DNA of 64,000 nt from an uncultured virus (IMG/VR IMGVR_UViG_3300020047_008750) (IMGVR_UViG_3300020047_008750); one strand, 5' to 3'; counted from the first letter of the stretch, positions 12,459 to 24,925 are shown. Numbers and translations are program-made. Notes: generated by a model not told the origin, from the letters alone.

Positions 12459-12606
12459 ACTTTCGTTCTATCTCTTCATCTTCATTTTATGACACACGAA
12501 AAAGTTCTCGGCAAGACATACCGAATCGGCACAAAGCAACACGCGAAAGCTGTCGCACAAAAAAAGCACTTCGACGATTTACTTGCAAGCGAAACAAAAT
12601 AGAAAT

Positions 12607-12705
12607 ATGAACTTCCTTGCTCTATACTCTACAATCTGGATCGCGTGAAAAGTCACGCGACTGCTTCAGCCGTTTCTGTTTTCGCTTATTGACTGGCGTC
12701 ATTAA
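12607..12705 (+). CDS. Conserved 32-aa peptide
   Basis: IWIAGKVTRLLQPFLF..IDWRH matches IWIASKITRKVTPFLF..IDFRH at 49897-49989. Confidence 0.6.
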
Positions 12706-12734
12706 ATTTCTATTTTCTCACTCTTTTTTCTTTT

Positions 12735-12998
12735 ATGGAAAAACTTTACTATCAGGAACCGTCCGAAGAGCTCTTCAATGAAATGAAGACACTTGCAATT
12801 CAGATCTGGGAACGAATTCATGATGTTCGATATTGACCGAACGAAAAAGCGGAACACATTCGCCGGATGTGAAATATTCGCGATAACTTCATGACGATTC
12901 TTGCGATGTTCGATGAAGGCAATCGACAAGACTTGCTCGATCAGGCTTCAGAAGAACTTCAGGAAGCAGTCAGGCTTCGAATCGAATCTGTTCAATAA
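12735..12998 (+). CDS. Hypothetical protein
   Basis: Open with TGA=Gly, U-rich leader, TAA stop. Confidence 0.55.
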
Positions 12999-13024
12999 AT
13001 TTCTATTTTCTTTCTTTTTACACT

Positions 13025-14284
13025 ATGCAGATCAAAAAATTCAAGCCGACAGATCACAAGGTGAAAGCCGTGATTTACGGTGCGTCAGGTTCCTGAAAAA
13101 CTGTTTTCGGCTCGACAGCTCCGAAACCGATCTTCGCTTCGGCTGAAGGTGGTCTTCTCTCTGTAGCCGACAAGAACATTGATTTCGTCGAAATCAAAAC
13201 GATCACAGATCTTCAAGAACTTCTCGTATTCCTGAAGACACAGAAGCACGACTTCGAAACTGTGGTGATTGATTCGATCACTGAAATCAATGACATAATC
13301 AAGCAGGATATCGAGAAGCGAACAGGAAAAGGAATGCAGCTGAATGACTGGTGAGAGCTCGCGAAACGAATCAGAAACATTTTCCGTTCGTTCCGTGACC
13401 TTCCAATGCATGTGATTTTTCTCGCACAAGAAGCCGTCGAACTTGATGAAGGAACGATCGTGAAGATCACGCCTTCGCTGAATGGAAAAGCAGCGACAGA
13501 AATTTCGTACTTCATGGATAATGTCGGGTATCTCTACATTGACAAGACAGGCGAACGCAAGATGATGACGAATCCGAATTCGAAGTTTCTGACGAAGAAT
13601 CGCGGATGATTGATCGGCAATGACACACCGCCTGACTTCTCTATTTGGATCGAGAAGGTCAAGAAGATGAAGATCGGCGAACAGAAAGTCACGACAAATT
13701 TCGAAGTCGAACTTGATGAAGCTTGAAATGCTCTTCCTGAAAAACCGAAACCGATCAGCGAGAAGACTCTGAAGGATCTCGCTGACGCGTGGTCTGAAAT
13801 GTGGACGCTTTCAATGGAAAAGAAGTTCGACGCAGTGAACAAGGAAGGTGTCTTGATCTATACCGCTGACCGGAATGAAATCGTGAAAGCAATCACGCTG
13901 AACAATAAATTCAAAACTGAAGACGCTTCACAGATTACTGAAGAACAGTGAATCGAATTCATTGCAGGTATTCGGAACACAATCACTGATCTTCAGAAAC
14001 TTCCTGATCTCGCAGAACGAATCAAGAAGCTTGAAGAAGAGATTGAACGCGAGTCTGCAGATTATGAAAATGCATGTGAAAACCCGACAGACACGAAACA
14101 ATTCCGCGACGCTCTTGTGAAACAATCAGAACGAATCGGCGACATGAAGACAGATCTTTCAATGCTGAAGGCGAAGCAGACTGCGAAGACAATGATCAAG
14201 CACGACAAGCCGAAAGCAGAACCTGTCGCAGAAACGCCTGTTTCTGAATCAGAAACTGAAGGCGAACTGAAATTCGGTGAATAG
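13025..14284 (+). CDS. Phage P-loop NTPase (AAA_24/Sak4-like recombination protein)
   Basis: Walker A YGASGS[TGA]KT, Walker B TVVIDSITE, DW[TGA]EL, HVIFLAQE. Confidence 0.85.
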
Positions 14285-14308
14285 TATTCCGTCGAATTCG
14301 ACGGAATA
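14285..14308. promoter_or_regulatory. Perfect 24-bp palindrome TATTCCGTCGAATTCGACGGAATA
   Basis: Intergenic; 22-bp core conserved at 51388-51409. Confidence 0.7.
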
Positions 14309-14357
14309 GGCTCCGGCACTGACAAAACTCTTTTATCATTTTTTTATTTTCATTTTT

Positions 14358-14834
14358 ATGACACAGTATTGAACACAAAAAGAAGCAATCGCCGGCGAAG
14401 AGATCGCGATTGAATTGTTTCGCAAGGAACTGATTGAGCTCGCGAAGAAGCACAGCGTTCATGTGCTCGCCGTTGGCACTCGATCAAGTCAGCCGATCAC
14501 CGATCAAGATTCGATGATCTGTGCAGGCTTCGTGATTCCGACAGTCGACTGAAACAGAAATCCGAAAGAACTCGACGCAATAATTTCATCATATACACAC
14601 GCCGGATTGATTGTTCAAAAAATGCAGGCTGACAGCAGTCAGAAGCAAGCAATCACCGACATGATTGACGCGATGAAGTGACTCTGAAAGATGATCGGTG
14701 AAGTCACATTCACGAAGGAAGGTGAAAAAATGCGTGCAATATTCGCAGACAATCGCGATGAATTTCTTTTCTGATTCTGAAACAATGAACAGGAAGCACT
14801 TTTCGATCTGCTGAAGAAGTGGTCAAAAAAATAA
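14358..14834 (+). CDS. Hypothetical protein (B-specific)
   Basis: Open with TGA=Gly, U-rich leader. Confidence 0.55.
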
Positions 14835-14870
14835 TCTATCTATCATCTTTTATCATTTACTATCAAAACA

Positions 14871-15476
14871 ATGAAAATCCTTTTTTTCGACACAGAGACG
14901 ACAGGAAAAATCGTCAAGAACTGACCGATCGAAGTTCAGCCGCGAGTCGTTCAATTCGGTGCAGTCGTCGGTGAATATGAAGCCGACTGAACAATCATTT
15001 CAGAAACGACAGTCGATCTGCTGTTCAATCCTTGAATGCCTATCCCTGCAGAAGCAGCGAACATTCACGGCGTGACTGATGAAATGGTCGCAGAAAAACC
15101 GCCTTTCTCTTCCTATCGACGCGACTTCATTCAGCTATGTCGTGACGCCGATATCATCGTCGCACACAATATCGACTATGACATGAATGTCGTCTTCTGG
15201 GAACTTGATCGCTTTTATACGAAGGAATCTGCAGAAAAAACGAACTTCAAATTTATGTTTCGCGACAAGTCGATCTGCACAATGCAGGCGACAATTGATT
15301 TCTGCAAGCTTCCGTGAAACTTCGGCAAGTATAAATTCCCGAAACTGTCAGAGCTTCATGTGAAACTGTTCGGAAATGATTTCGACGGTGCTCACAATGC
15401 TGTCGCCGATATCATCGCGACGCGTGCTTGCTTCTTCGAAATTCTGAAACGCGGATTGATAACAATCAAAAAATAA
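14871..15476 (+). CDS. DEDDh 3'-5' exonuclease (DnaQ-like)
   Basis: FFDTETTG, IHGVTDEMV, VAHNIDYD, PKLSEL, AHNAVAD motifs. Confidence 0.9.
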
Positions 15477-15940
15477 TTATGCGAAAAATCCTTTCTGATC
15501 AGGACATTGTGACCGCGTACTTCGAAGAGTGCTTTTGAAGGTGCAAAGTCTACAAAATCGAAAAGAAGGTGACGATGACGACATTCGATCCCGAAACGCT
15601 TCACTTCAAGATCTTCAGAATGAAGAAGAAGTTCGCGAATCTGAAGAATGTCATTCTGAACGGAATCGAAACTTCACTGAAGCGATAGTTTTATTTTCTA
15701 TTTTTTCCATTATGTCAAATTACGAAATCCCGCTCGATCAAGCGAAGGTGAAGGAACTTCACAGGCGAAGACAGGAAACACGCGATGTCGAAGAAATGCA
15801 CAAGATCGCAGATGAATTCTATGAATACATTCGTCCGCTTCACTTCCGTCAGAAGGAAGTCGCTGAATACATATTCGCACACGGTGAATATGTTCCGTAC
15901 TATCAGAGACGCGGAAAAACTACTTCATAATTGTCGCACT

Positions 15941-16273
15941 ATGCAGGAAAAAAAATGCAGGTGTTGCCTATGCACACAAGGCGACGCGATACTTCTGAAG
16001 CGATACTGGATCACTGATGATCTATGCAGTCACTGCGTCGATCATGAAAAAATCTTTCTTCAGTCTCTCGAACACACATTCAAGACAGTGCGACTTCGCA
16101 CGACAGGGGCTGTTCAGAAGGTGATTGAAGACGCAATCATGATCATGGAATGAAAGCACGGCTGTTCGGTTCGCTGAATGCGAGTCAACACGATTCATCT
16201 TGTCGACAAGCATTTTCCGAATCTGCACCGTGCACACTCTATCGGACTGACGAACAGGGCTTTCAAATTCTAA
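15941..16273 (+). CDS. Cys-rich hypothetical protein (possible Zn finger)
   Basis: CCLC..CSHC..C..CTVH pattern; open with TGA=Gly. Confidence 0.45.
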
Positions 16274-16622
16274 TTTTTATTTTTTTATCTTTCATTTTAT
16301 GAAACGCGAAACTTGATCATTCGATCACCACTTCGTCACAAACTACACAGGCGTTTTCACTGAAGAAACACACTTTTATTTTTCGGACACCTGACAGATC
16401 TTCGTTCTGACTTGATTCGGAAACTTTGCACACTATTTCTGATCAATGTGATCAGACATGAAGCGATTCCTTCTGTGACTCGACAAATACTACTTCACTT
16501 GAAAGATGGAATCATCGTATGCAGCGACACACAAAAAGCGTATGCCGAAAAGGCTTGTCAAGAGAATGCAAGATATTTTCGAAGCATTCAAAACTGATCT
16601 TTCTATTTCATAATTTTATTCT

Positions 16623-17375
16623 ATGTCTGAAACTCTCGACACAAGCGGCGTCAATATGACGCCTGAAGCTCCGATGTCTTCGGAACTTGAAAACATATTG
16701 TCTGAAGAAAACGCACGCCGTGCAAGGCTTCTTGTCGAAAACCTGAACAACGGATTTTTCGAAGAGGTCTGACGCGGACTGCTCGACGGTCAGAAGATGA
16801 CTTTTGAATTTGAGGATTGAACAAAGCGTGTGATCACGAACACCTGCAATCATTCGATATGAAAAGACAATATTGAATTCTTCGTCGATGACAAAGGTCG
16901 TCAGCGATGTCTGAACTGCAGAAGATCTGTCGCAAAGCGAAAAGTGTTTTTCAATAAGACGATGGCTTCGAGTGCAATCAAGATGTTCGAATATGCCGTC
17001 AAAAACAATGTGCAATTCATTCATATTCGCGATGTGAAGCTGACACATGTCGAATATTCGACGATGAACTATCTTGTGAAGTTCGGTCTTGCCTATCGCG
17101 ACGAAACAATTCAGATTCACTGATCGAATATCGGCGTTTATTGAGTACCGCGAAAACGAATCAGCGATTTCGTTCGTGGTCAGTGGAAGGTCGCTGCTTG
17201 CTTTCTTATTGATCCGACGATTCCCGAAGGTCAGGAATGAAAGCGTGAAATGTCTGCAAAAAGAATCACGATCGATCAGGTTCCGTCTATCGACGAACTC
17301 CGTTCAGAGCTTGGGAATACTCTGACTTCTTATGAATGGAATGAACAAGATTCCTTCGAAAGTCAAGTCACATAA
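16623..17375 (+). CDS. Conserved hypothetical protein with CxxC
   Basis: LNNGFF, FEYAVKNNVQ, LVKFGLA, YEWNEQDSFE conserved with 54647-55363. Confidence 0.7.
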
Positions 17376-17455
17376 TGCTGAAAAGTGTTGCAAAGTGTGA
17401 CAATCAGAATATATTCACAGGCGTCGGGATTCTTATTTTTTTATTTTCTTTTTCT

Positions 17456-17899
17456 ATGGAAATGTCTTCACTATATGTCACGATATTCGTGAACACGACA
17501 ATCATCGGGGTTCTGATTTTGATCGCTATAGTTTACAGCCTGCGACACAAGCAAATCACGAAGAGAGTTCATGAATCATTGAAAGGCGAAGCAGACAGAA
17601 AGATCGAAGCAATATTCAAGGAATACAAAAAGGAAATATCCGACTTAAAAACTGAATACTGTAAGAATGTTCGAGATATGGAATCAAAAATTTCAGAGAT
17701 CGAAGGATCTGCAGAGCTCGAGAAAGAAAGAAACATTGAATCAGGAAGACAGCAGGCGAACACGGAATTTATAGGGAAGCTTTCTTCATTCGCGGTCAAG
17801 CACTACAAATCAAAACAGAATAGAGAACGAACACTTGCATTCATCCGACAATTCAAGGAAAAGATTTCACCGTGTGAGAAGGTTCAGAAAACAAAATAA
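17456..17899 (+). CDS. Single-TM coiled-coil protein
   Basis: N-terminal hydrophobic helix then K/E-rich coil; positional homolog 55458-55907. Confidence 0.6.
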   Translation: MEMSSLYVTIFVNTTIIGVLILIAIVYSLRHKQITKRVHESLKGEADRKIEAIFKEYKKEISDLKTEYCKNVRDMESKISEIEGSAELEKERNIESGRQQANTEFIGKLSSFAVKHYKSKQNRERTLAFIRQFKEKISPCEKVQKTK

Positions 17900-17921
17900 T
17901 ATTTTTATAACATTCATTCAA

Positions 17922-18119
17922 ATGAACACACAGGAAGCACTTTTCACCGTCAAGGAAGTCGCAGAACGAAAACTTCTCTGATATTCAGGACGAACAATTC
18001 GTCAGCTGATAAAAGACAAGAAACTTCGATTCGTCGATCTGTCTGAAGATGGTGCGAAAAAAACGATTCGAATTCCTGAATCCGCAATCAAGGAATTCCT
18101 TGAAGCGAAAAAAACATAG
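17922..18119 (+). CDS. Excisionase/MerR-like HTH DNA-binding protein
   Basis: LFTVKEVAE..RTIRQLIKDKKL..IRIPESAIKEFL; homolog 55934-56140. Confidence 0.8.
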
Positions 18120-18146
18120 GTTGTCTATTTCATAACACTGCAAGAC

Positions 18147-18875
18147 ATGGCACGCCCTCGAAAAAACAATGCGGACTGGTTTTCTCACGATACCAATCTT
18201 CGCGACAATTTGAAAGTGAAAGCACTCCGTGCGAAATATGGTCTTGAAGGCTATGCGATATTTTCAATGTTCCTTGAAGTTCTCGCGGACGCTGACAATT
18301 TCATTCTTGAAGAGCAAGAAGAAAATCTTGTCGAACTTCTCGCCGGTGACTTTCAAATCGAAGCTGAAAAGCTCGATGAAATAATGCAATATTGTTTCAA
18401 AATCTGACTGCTTCAGCGTGAGAATTGAAAGATCTTCAATGCACACCTGATCGAGAGGATGGAAGCACTTTTGAACAAGCGAAAGAATATGCGTGAAGTC
18501 TATCATTGACGACACGACACACCGTCACCGCCGGTCAAGACACCACCGGAAAAATCTTCAGCACCGAAAGTCGCACTGATGACTGAAGAGGACTTCGCGA
18601 AGTTCTGGGACGCCTATCCGGTCAAGGAAGAGAAGAAGAAGTCGCATGAAAAATTCATGAAGCTTCAGCAGGCAATGCTTCAGACAATCCTTGATTCGAT
18701 TGCACTGAACAAAGCAAAAAACAAGCGTTGGATTGACGGCTACATAAAGAAGCCGACGACTTGGATCAATGGCGAGTGTTGGAATGATGAAATCCCTGAA
18801 ACTTTACTTCATAAACCTTCCAAAAATGGACAAGGAACAGTCAGCACACAGTGACACGCCGATGTCACAGTGTAG
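18147..18875 (+). CDS. Replication initiator (DUF4373/Lin1244-like N-terminus)
   Basis: MARPRKNNADWFSHD..LRAKYGLEGYAIF, FAKFWDAYP.K, PTTWINGECWNDE; upstream of DnaC. Confidence 0.8.
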
Positions 18876-19626
18876 CACATGCAACGACACAGGAAGGCTG
18901 CACAATGAAGTTCAGTTTCCCCCTTATTGATATGCAATCGACTTCTGCACTTGCGAGATCTGACACACAAAGTTTCGTGAATGGATTGAAGCACCGGAAC
19001 AGCAGACAGCATTTCGAAACTTTCAGACAGCACGAATCGAAAGCCTTCTGAAAAAGTCACAGGTGTGACCGCGATTCCGCTCGAAGCGAATCAGTGACCT
19101 TTCAGACATTCCAAAGCTTCAGAAACTCTGTGAGGACTATGTGACAGATTTCAAGAATCTTTCGCTGAATGGATGGTGATTGTATTTCTGGTGAAATATC
19201 TGATCAGGCAAGACGCACGCGGCGACAGCCGTCTGCAACGAACTGATTGAAAAACACCTGACGCCGATTCTCTTCGTGAATATGTCTGATGTATCGAACC
19301 GCGTTCGAAACAGTTTCGATAAACAAAACAATTCTGATTCAGATCTGTTCGAAGAGATGAAGAAGGTGAAACTGCTTGTCATTGACGACATAGGCGTCGA
19401 GAAGGTCACAGAGTGGCTGACAGAACAGCTGTTCCTTGTGATCAATCATCGCTATGAAAACAATCTTCCGATGATTATCACAAGCAATCAATCACTTGAA
19501 GATCTCTGACGGCTACACAAGCCGCAGATCGCGTCAAGGATTGACGAAATGTGCAAGTCGGTCAGATTCACCGGTGAAGACAGAAGACACAGCAGGCGTC
19601 CGAATTTCGGCTATAACGACAATTAA
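18826..19626 (+). CDS. DnaC/IstB-like helicase loader ATPase
   Basis: CxxC..CxC, Walker A [TGA]NI[TGA]SGKTH, Walker B LLVIDDIG, RYENNLPMIITSN. Confidence 0.9.
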
Positions 19627-19652
19627 ATTTTTATCTTTTCACTTTTTACACT

Positions 19653-20147
19653 ATGAAAACAATCTATGACAAGGAAGTTCGCGACAAGCTCGAAGGACTG
19701 AAGGAAATTCACACCGGATTCGAAGGTGTCGTCATGAACTGGAAACTGAAGGAACTGAAAATGAACAAGGAAGGATTCTGGTCACTGTGTCTTGATTTCA
19801 TTCAAGACTTCGAGTTCGACGGTCTGAACTACAATGTCGCGGTTGTTCTCGATCCTGACAACTACAATAAAAACATTCGAAACATTCTTTCGCAGATGGA
19901 TAGTCAGCAGCAGGAAATTTTCAAGAGTGTCGATGATTATATTGCAGACATTCAGAAAGTTCACGCCGGATATGCAAAAGATTCGAAGATGTTCTGAACA
20001 TATTCCTTTTATAGTCAAGTTTGTGAATTCAAGGATAAAATGACGGCTGACAAGGTTCGTTTCTCTCTCGGAACCGAAGCCGTCGAACACTTCACAAAAC
20101 ATTTTGACAGCATGTACAAAACCGCTCTTGTTCTTGAAAAAGCATAA
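19653..20147 (+). CDS. Hypothetical protein (B-specific)
   Basis: Open with TGA=Gly; TTTTACACT-ATG start context. Confidence 0.55.
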
Positions 20148-20372
20148 TATGACGAACCTTCTCGAATGAATGATGACTGAAATGAATCGCGTTCGCGAAT
20201 TGATCAGGGAATATGAAGATCTTCCCGAAGGCGTCTGAATGATGGCTGCAATGATCATGAAAAACAATGTGAAGGCTTGCGAAAAAGCGATTCAAAACGG
20301 TGACATTGTCGCACAGCTTGCCGCCTATGAAGAGCTGAAAAAATGCACTTGATAATTCTTTATTTTCTTTTT

Positions 20373-20585
20373 ATGATATGCCCTTTCTGCAATGTCGCTA
20401 TGCACCACCTGAACACAGGCGGCTGATTCGCCGAACAAACGAAATATCAGACATACGATTTCCTTGAATGCCCGAACTGTCACGAAACCGCTGTCGAATT
20501 CTATCACACAGAATTCGTGAGGCTTGAAGATCTCACAGGGAAGAAGCCTGACTTCAAGATGATTCCTGTTCCTGATCAATTCTAA
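20373..20585 (+). CDS. Small zinc-ribbon protein
   Basis: CPFC ... CPNC pair. Confidence 0.55.
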
Positions 20586-21000
20586 TTTTTATTTTTTTAT
20601 TTTATCTCTATGAAAGCACTTCTTGAAGCAATACTGAAAGCGATGAATCGCGAACAGTCATGATTCACTGATATCGAGTCTATTGATTCATATAGTGACG
20701 GAACTGTTCATATTACACACAAGGCGACAAATCCTTGAAGGACTATTGCAGTCATTTTTGAAACCGTCGATGAAGCGATTTCTTATGTCAAAAAATTCTA
20801 ATTTTATGCACGAATCAAAAATCATTCTTTCTGTCTTCTGCTGATTCATTCCGCTCGATAATCTGATTTTCTTATTGCCTGCACCGTCTTTCGGTTGGGT
20901 ATCGAAGAAGCAGTTTTCCTTCTCTATAAATTTCCTGAAGTGGTCGTTCTTTCTCACAGTCAAAATATAGTTCTTTTTTTATCTTTTTATTTTCATTTTT

Positions 21001-21486
21001 ATGAACTCTCTGAACAAAGTGCAACTGATCGGCAATGTCACAGCTGATCCTGAAGTCAAGGTCGTCAACGAAGATCGAACCGTCGCGAAGTTTTCCATTG
21101 CGACAAATCGTTCGTGGAAAAACGCTGCAGGTGAGAAGCAGGAAGAAGTCGATTTTCACAATGTCGTGATCTGGTGAAAGCTTGCCGAAATCGTGAAGCA
21201 GTATGTCACGAAAGGCAAGAAGCTTTATGTCGAAGGACGGCTTCAAAATCATTCGTGGACTGATGAAAACGGCGTGAAGAAATATCGCACTGAAATCATC
21301 GCTGATTCAATGATTATGCTTTCAGGCGGTGACAAGAAGTCGAACAACGAAGACGGAATGATTCAGGAAGATCCTGAAGACGATCACAATATTGTTTCGA
21401 AGGCTGAACTTGAAGCGAAGCCGAAAAAGAAGACAGCTGTTCGCGTCGGTGAAAGCACGGTTGATATAAATGACGTACCTTTTTAA
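21001..21486 (+). CDS. ssb: Single-stranded DNA-binding protein
   Basis: LNKVQLIGNV..DPE, FHNVVIW[TGA]KLAE, KGKKLYVEGRL, acidic DVPF tail. Confidence 0.95.
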
Positions 21487-21552
21487 AACGGACTTTACAT
21501 TGCAGAACATTTTTATATATTACAAATACCGTTTTAATTTTAATATACGAAG

Positions 21553-22005
21553 ATGAAAACCTGCAAAAAATGCTTTCAAGAAAAACCTTTTGAAGAATTC
21601 TATTCACATGCCTGAATGACTGATTGAATCCTTTCGACATGCAAAGAGTGTGTGAAGGCAATCAGAAGGACTCCTGAAGCAAGAAGTGCGGCGAGAATTT
21701 CAGACAAAAAAAGAAATTCGACGCAAAAACGTAAACAGATGAAAAAACAAATGTTACAAAATTTTAGACTGAAAAATCCTGAAAAGTGGAAAGCACAATG
21801 TGCTGTTAATAACTTTTTGAGGTATCACAAAGAAATGAAAAAAACTTGTTGTTCTGTATGCGGTAAAACTGCATTGATTCATTATCATCATTTTGATTAT
21901 TCAAAACCGAATCAAGTGATACCGTGTTGTGCTTTTGATCATTCAAAATTTCATCACTGAAAAACCGAAGTCAATCCTGAATGGATTCTAACTCTTCCAT
22001 TCTAA
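21553..22005 (+). CDS. HNH endonuclease with N-terminal Zn finger
   Basis: CKKC..CKEC, CSVCG..HYHHFDYSKP..CC..DH..FH; absent after ssb in C. Confidence 0.8.
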
Positions 22006-22030
22006 AATTTTATTTTTTACGCCTTTATTT

Positions 22031-22633
22031 ATGAAATCAAAAAATCCCCTTTCTCGCCTGCTGTTCTCATTCGCCGTCACAGTGCTGATCATGTTCTTTT
22101 CGCTCTGTCTGACCGGAATCATTCACTTCGCAGCTCTCGGACTTTCTGAATGGACTTTTCGTCACATTGATCGTTCAGTGTCTGAAGTGGTTCTGAACGG
22201 TGAAGCGACAATCAGAACGCCGACACCGACAATCAAGAAGTGTGCAGAAGTCGCCGTGACGGAAACATATATTCTTCGCTATGGTGTACGGAATGAGCTC
22301 GCGACAAAAGCGTTCAAGATGTCAGGCGGTGACATGGATTTTCTGAAGACAGTCGAAGTCGAATCGAACTGGGATCCGAAAGCAATCGGTGACAATGGCA
22401 ATTCGAAAGGCTTGTGTCAATGGCACTATCGTTGGCAAAAAGCAATTCGAAACGATCCGAATTTCAAGGATCCTGACTGGCAACTGCAGAAGTGTTTCGA
22501 CTTTTATTCATGATACAAGGAACAATGAATTCTCGGTTCGCGTCTCTATGGATTCAAGCAACGACATTCGAAGGATCATGTCTTTCAGGTGAAAACCTAT
22601 CAGAACATTGTTTCAATCTATAAATGCGACTAA
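22031..22633 (+). CDS. Membrane-anchored lytic transglycosylase (SLT-like)
   Basis: N-terminal TM; ESNWDPKAIGDNGNSKGLCQ; homolog 58258-58848. Confidence 0.7.
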
Positions 22634-22635
22634 AA

Positions 22636-23076
22636 ATGATCAAGAAAAAATCACCGCTCGAAGATGTCGAGTCGACAATCTTCACTTCGTGGCTTCGCTG
22701 AAATAATCTTCTGAATGGTCATGTTCCGAACGAAACACCGACGAAGCGAAAAATCGTCACAGAGGCTTGAAAAACTCTCTGGGTAGGATGACACAAGCGG
22801 AACATGCGAAATCACGCGGTAGGCGTCACGAAATGAATGCCTGATCACTTCATCATCGTTCGTGCTGATCAATGCGTCTACTGACGAACAATCGGTCTTG
22901 TCGTCGAAATGAAGAGGATTGACGGTGTTCCTTCTGACTTCAGCCCTGAACAGCTCGAGTGGCTTGAAGCTTTCAGTGAAATCTGCGATGTCGAATCTTT
23001 CGGTGCTTATGGTGCAAAGCAAGCAATCGAATTCGTTTCGCCTTTTATTATCAATCCGAAAAAATATGACTGGTAA
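22636..23076 (+). CDS. VRR-NUC domain nuclease (Holliday-junction resolvase-like)
   Basis: HVPNE, GVTKGMPD, VEMKR, SPEQLEWL. Confidence 0.85.
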
Positions 23077-23889
23077 AAAACAAATAAAATGTTCGCTTCA
23101 GCGAAAATACAGGGAACTTGTCGACGATTGCGTCTATTACTGGAATGAATGCACCTGCTGACGCCGTTGCGGTGCGTGGTTCGTGGATGAAGTCGAAGCA
23201 GACTTTGCACTTCACCTGAAGCCAAAATACTATCCGACGCTTGAAGAGCTGCAGGCGAATTGATTCCGTGTCACTGATCACGAAAACTTCAAGCGTCTTG
23301 TCGCTCGCCGGTGGCTGTCTTATTCTTCGAACTGGTGAGTTCTCACATATAACAAGACACACAAGATCACCTTCGACACGAAAGAAAACTTCACCGGATT
23401 TTTCTGAAACCTGAAGAACGAACTTCAGAAGCTTGATTCACTTTCTATCAAAAAATAACCTTTCTTCCTATGCCAAAAATTGAAAAACAATTCCTTGCTC
23501 GCGAAATGCAATGACTTCTGTGAAATGTGATTTCACTGAAAGGCGACAGCGTCCTTGACCTTCGTGAGATCTGCGAAAAGCTCGGTGTCGTCATGCAGAA
23601 GCTCGAACAGGATATTTATTATTTTCACAATGAGGATCAGCGTCAAAAAATGAATTATCAGTTCCGCTATATTCAAAAAAAATAATCTTCTCTATATGCC
23701 TATTCTCGAATCATTCCTTTTCTGACTTCAAGTCGCAGTCTTCATTCTCTCAATACTGTTCTGATGTGCAATCGGTGCAATCGTCTGAATCATTGTTTCA
23801 ATGTTCGCGTTCGAATGGATCTGTCGTTTTTTCTTTTATTTCTTCAGATAGTTCGTAAAATCTTTTTTATTATTTCTTAACACAAAATC

Positions 23890-24099
23890 ATGAAAAAGAA
23901 AAAGAAACGCGATATCATGAAAAAGAAAAAGAAACGCGATTCAAGGAAACTGTGGCTTCGACAGAAGAACAGATTCAATCAGTTTTCAGCTCTGAATCAC
24001 CGGCGTCAAAAGTTCTTTCTGCAATGCTTCGCCTGATTCATTCTGTCGATTCTTGCAATACTTTTCTTCACATTATTTTTTCAAATGCTGTTTCAATAA
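23890..24099 (+). CDS. Small basic protein with C-terminal TM; 27-bp tandem duplication at its start
   Basis: ATCATGAAAAAGAAAAAGAAACGCGAT twice (23887-23940); homolog 59963-60160. Confidence 0.55.
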
Positions 24100-24474
24100 A
24101 ATCACACTATGTCAACTTTCTGAAACACTGTCAGAAGCAGAGATGATCCGAAACCGGTCAGACACTTCGTGAAACTGACAAATCGTCTTGATAATTCCTA
24201 TTTTTCCCGATTATGGTCAGAGCTACAAAACAAAAAGAAGACTGGGAAAGCGAAGGTGCTGAAGTCTACTTCATAGACAACACCACGCTCGCCTATAATC
24301 TTTTTGAAGGCAGGATTGAAAAAGACAACGGCGACGGAACATTCGTCGTCAAAGCCGTCTGCAGGTCAAAGTTCGCTTCGAAGGATCCTGTCACGATGAC
24401 AGTTCCGTGAAGCAGACTGAAGCCGTCGAAATCATAGACACAATGTGTCACTTTTTATTTTTTATTTTTCTTTT

Positions 24475-24924
24475 ATGAAAACGATCACCGCAAGCAATCA
24501 GTCACTTCAGTATCTTTATTCTGTCGTCGCTGATTCACAGACACCGACAATCGCAATGATCCGAATGGCTCGTGCTATTCTGAAAAAAGCATTCCCTGTC
24601 GTTTCAGCTTATGAACTCGCAAAGCGTGAACCGATTGCAGAAGCTTCGAAGATCGGGAAGCAGCTCGACATGATTGTTCAAGCAGGCAAGGCTGACGCAC
24701 AAGCTGAAGTCATGAAGGATCTTCAGGAAAAGCACAAGGATATCATCGAAAACATTGTCACACCGATGTCTGAAACAATCGTCACGCTCGAACTCGAGGC
24801 TGATGAAATCGACTTTGTTCTGAATGAGATGAACGAATTCCTTGCACAAGCGAAGAAGGTGCAGACAATCGAAGAGATGAAACACTTCGACGATCTATAC
24901 ACTGCACTCGAATCAGCGAAATAA
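24475..24924 (+). CDS. Conserved helical hypothetical protein
   Basis: Homolog 60529-60978. Confidence 0.65.
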   Translation: MKTITASNQSLQYLYSVVADSQTPTIAMIRMARAILKKAFPVVSAYELAKREPIAEASKIGKQLDMIVQAGKADAQAEVMKDLQEKHKDIIENIVTPMSETIVTLELEADEIDFVLNEMNEFLAQAKKVQTIEEMKHFDDLYTALESAK

Positions 24925-24925
24925 A

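Noticed and set aside
17922..18119. Integration/excision module implied by the excisionase-like gene
   Set aside because: No integrase or att core found; its place before the initiator fits a transcriptional regulator
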